From IMG/VR virus record IMGVR_UViG_2923339551_000004: 60,308 nt of DNA. One strand, given 5' to 3'. This DNA is from a virus. Its lineage: Duplodnaviria; Heunggongvirae; Uroviricota; Caudoviricetes. The notes under the pieces are model-generated. The model was not told the origin of the DNA, made no database searches, and was given only the letters and a program-made list of their open reading frames with translations. Each line of letters begins with the position of its first letter. Position 1 is the stretch's first letter. This document shows positions 57,843-60,308 of the stretch, piece by piece. Made by a program: the position numbers and the translations under genes.

Positions 57843-58890
57843 GCGCCGGGATTTACCCCCTAACCTTTATATAAGAAACAATGGATATTACTGCTACAGG
57901 GACCCAAGGACGGGTAAAGAGTTTGGATTAGGCCGAGACAGGCGAATCGCAATCACTGAAGCTATACAGGCCAACATTGAGTTATTTTCAGGACACAAAC
58001 ACAAGCCTCTGACAGCGAGAATCAACAGTGATAATTCCGTTACGTTACATTCATGGCTTGATCGCTACGAAAAAATCCTGGCCAGCAGAGGAATCAAGCA
58101 GAAGACACTCATAAATTACATGAGCAAAATTAAAGCAATAAGGAGGGGTCTGCCTGATGCTCCACTTGAAGACATCACCACAAAAGAAATTGCGGCAATG
58201 CTCAATGGATACATAGACGAGGGCAAGGCGGCATCAGCCAAGTTAATCAGATCAACACTGAGCGATGCATTCCGAGAGGCTATAGCTGAAGGCCATATAA
58301 CAACAAACCCGGTCGCAGCCACTCGCGCTGCAAAATCAGAGGTAAGGAGATCAAGACTTACGGCTGACGAATACCTGAAAATTTATCAAGCAGCAGAATC
58401 ATCACCATGTTGGCTTAGACTTGCAATGGAACTGGCTGTTGTTACCGGGCAGCGAGTTGGTGATTTATGCGAAATGAAGTGGTCTGATATCGTAGATGGA
58501 TATCTTTATGTCGAGCAAAGCAAAACAGGCGTAAAAATTGCCATCCCAACAACATTGCATGTTGATGCTCTCGGGATATCAATGAAGGAAACACTTGATA
58601 AATGCAAAAAGATTCTTGGCGGAGAAACCATAATTGCATCTACTCGTCGTGAACCGCTTTCATCCGGCACAGTATCAAGGTATTTTATGCGCGCACGAAA
58701 AGCATCAGGTCTTTCCTTCGAAGGGGATCCGCCTACCTTTCACGAGTTGCGCAGTTTGTCTGCAAGACTCTATGAGAAGCAGATAAGCGATAAGTTTGCT
58801 CAACATCTTCTCGGGCATAAGTCGGACACCATGGCATCACAGTATCGTGATGACAGAGGCAGGGAGTGGGACAAAATTGAAATCAAATAA
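57820..58890 (+). CDS. int: lambda integrase Int
   Basis: 356 aa, MGRRRSHERRDLPPNLYIRNNGYYCYRDPRTGKEF... Confidence 0.95.
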   Translation: MGRRRSHERRDLPPNLYIRNNGYYCYRDPRTGKEFGLGRDRRIAITEAIQANIELFSGHKHKPLTARINSDNSVTLHSWLDRYEKILASRGIKQKTLINYMSKIKAIRRGLPDAPLEDITTKEIAAMLNGYIDEGKAASAKLIRSTLSDAFREAIAEGHITTNPVAATRAAKSEVRRSRLTADEYLKIYQAAESSPCWLRLAMELAVVTGQRVGDLCEMKWSDIVDGYLYVEQSKTGVKIAIPTTLHVDALGISMKETLDKCKKILGGETIIASTRREPLSSGTVSRYFMRARKASGLSFEGDPPTFHELRSLSARLYEKQISDKFAQHLLGHKSDTMASQYRDDRGREWDKIEIK

Positions 58891-58963
58891 TGATTTTATT
58901 TTGACTGATAGTGACCTGTTCGTTGCAACAAATTGATAAGCAATGCTTTTTTATAATGCCAAC

Positions 58964-58978
58964 TTAGTATAAAAAAGC
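58964..58978 (-). other. attL: prophage attachment junction core (attL type: B arm, core, P' arm)
   Basis: ttagtataaaaaagc is the reverse complement of the att-lambda core GCTTTTTTATACTAA, with P'-arm sequence on the int side and bacterial aggcttca on the ybhC side. Confidence 0.9.
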
Positions 58979-59024
58979 AGGCTTCAACGGATTCATTTTT
59001 CTATTTCATAGCCCGGAGCAACCT

Positions 59025-60308
59025 GTGAACACATTTTCAGTTTCCCGTCTGGCGCTGGCATTGGCTTTTGGCGTGACGCTGACCGCCTGTAGCTCAACAC
59101 CGCCCGATCAACGTCCTTCTGATCAAACCGCGCCTGGTACCTCTTCTCGCCCGATTCTGTCGGCAAAAGAAGCGCAGAATTTCGATGCTCAACACTATTT
59201 TGCATCCCTGACACCAGGTGCGGCAGCGTGGAATCCTTCCCCGATTACCCTGCCTGCACAACCTGACTTTGTTGTCGGCCCGGCGGGTACTCAAGGTGTA
59301 ACGCATACCACGATTCAGGCGGCGGTAGATGCGGCAATTATCAAGCGTACCAACAAGCGCCAGTATATTGCCGTGATGCCTGGTGAGTATCAGGGAACGG
59401 TATATGTCCCTGCCGCTCCGGGTGGAATTACTCTGTACGGTACAGGTGAAAAACCGATTGATGTGAAGATTGGGCTTTCCCTTGATGGGGGCATGAGCCC
59501 TGCCGACTGGCGTCACGACGTCAACCCGCGCGGCAAATATATGCCAGGTAAACCAGCGTGGTATATGTACGATAGCTGCCAGAGCAAACGCAGCGACAGT
59601 ATCGGCGTTCTCTGCTCTGCGGTCTTCTGGTCACAAAACAATGGACTGCAACTGCAAAACCTGACCATCGAAAACACGCTGGGCGATAGCGTAGATGCGG
59701 GTAACCATCCGGCGGTGGCACTGCGTACTGATGGTGACCAGGTACAGATTAACAACGTTAACATTCTCGGTCGTCAGAACACCTTCTTTGTCACCAACAG
59801 CGGTGTGCAGAACCGTCTGGAAACGAATCGTCAGCCGCGTACGCTGGTGACCAACAGCTACATTGAAGGGGATGTGGATATCGTTTCTGGTCGCGGCGCA
59901 GTGGTGTTCGATAATACCGAATTCCGCGTGGTGAACTCACGTACTCAGCAAGAAGCGTATGTGTTTGCACCGGCTACGCTGTCCAACATTTACTACGGTT
60001 TCCTCGCCGTAAACAGTCGTTTCAATGCTTCCGGTGATGGCGTGGCGCAACTGGGCCGCTCGCTGGATGTTGATGCCAATACCAACGGTCAGGTGGTGAT
60101 CCGTGATAGCGCCATCAACGAAGGTTTTAACACAGCCAAACCGTGGGCTGATGCGGTGATTTCCAATCGTCCATTCGCGGGTAACACCGGCAGCGTTGAT
60201 GATAACGACGAAGTACAGCGCAATCTGAATGACACTAACTACAACCGCATGTGGGAATACAATAACCGCGGCGTGGGTAGCAAAGTGGTTGCAGAGGCGA
60301 AGAAGTAG
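59025..60308 (+). CDS. ybhC: chromosomal lipoprotein YbhC (pectinesterase-like)
   Basis: 427 aa with lipobox LTACSS; the gene known to flank the lambda attachment site in E. coli. Confidence 0.85.
   Translation: MNTFSVSRLALALAFGVTLTACSSTPPDQRPSDQTAPGTSSRPILSAKEAQNFDAQHYFASLTPGAAAWNPSPITLPAQPDFVVGPAGTQGVTHTTIQAAVDAAIIKRTNKRQYIAVMPGEYQGTVYVPAAPGGITLYGTGEKPIDVKIGLSLDGGMSPADWRHDVNPRGKYMPGKPAWYMYDSCQSKRSDSIGVLCSAVFWSQNNGLQLQNLTIENTLGDSVDAGNHPAVALRTDGDQVQINNVNILGRQNTFFVTNSGVQNRLETNRQPRTLVTNSYIEGDVDIVSGRGAVVFDNTEFRVVNSRTQQEAYVFAPATLSNIYYGFLAVNSRFNASGDGVAQLGRSLDVDANTNGQVVIRDSAINEGFNTAKPWADAVISNRPFAGNTGSVDDNDEVQRNLNDTNYNRMWEYNNRGVGSKVVAEAKK

Overview
This window is a lambda-like (lambdoid) prophage of E. 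coli, integrated at the classical lambda attachment site next to ybhC and read here in reverse prophage order. The attL-type junction (B arm, core, P' arm) is at 58964..58978; the other junction is not in the window. From left to right it carries tfa, stf, lom, tail genes J to Z, FII, FI, head genes E, D, C/Nu3, B, W, A and Nu1, cos, a phage-21-type lysis cassette, an nmpC-like porin, Q21-like antiterminator, rusA, a nin region, ren, P, O, cII, cro, the OR operators, cI, N, cIII, kil, gam, bet, exo, xis and int. Most proteins are near-identical to phage lambda, recognised from memory and not by database search. The main novelty is an ~11.3 kb satellite-like element (PICI/P4-like) inserted by site-specific recombination inside the major capsid gene E, flanked by a 10-bp direct repeat (TGCTTGGGTT). 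It carries a P4-type integrase, two AlpA-like regulators, a primase/helicase beside an iteron-rich origin, an SSB-like protein, divergent homologs of capsid E and decoration protein D, its own cos site with a changed cosN, and an AT-rich two-gene cargo (DUF262 protein plus HEPN-like partner) that I consider a candidate undescribed anti-phage module. Other notable points are a NYN-domain nuclease-like gene in place of rexAB downstream of cI, an IS2 insertion with a 5-bp target duplication in the N-to-ea10 interval next to an unknown zinc-ribbon ORF, and a left boundary rearranged by IS1 and IS remnants. Gene starts are inferred from reading frames and ribosome-binding-site context; no searches or computations could be run.
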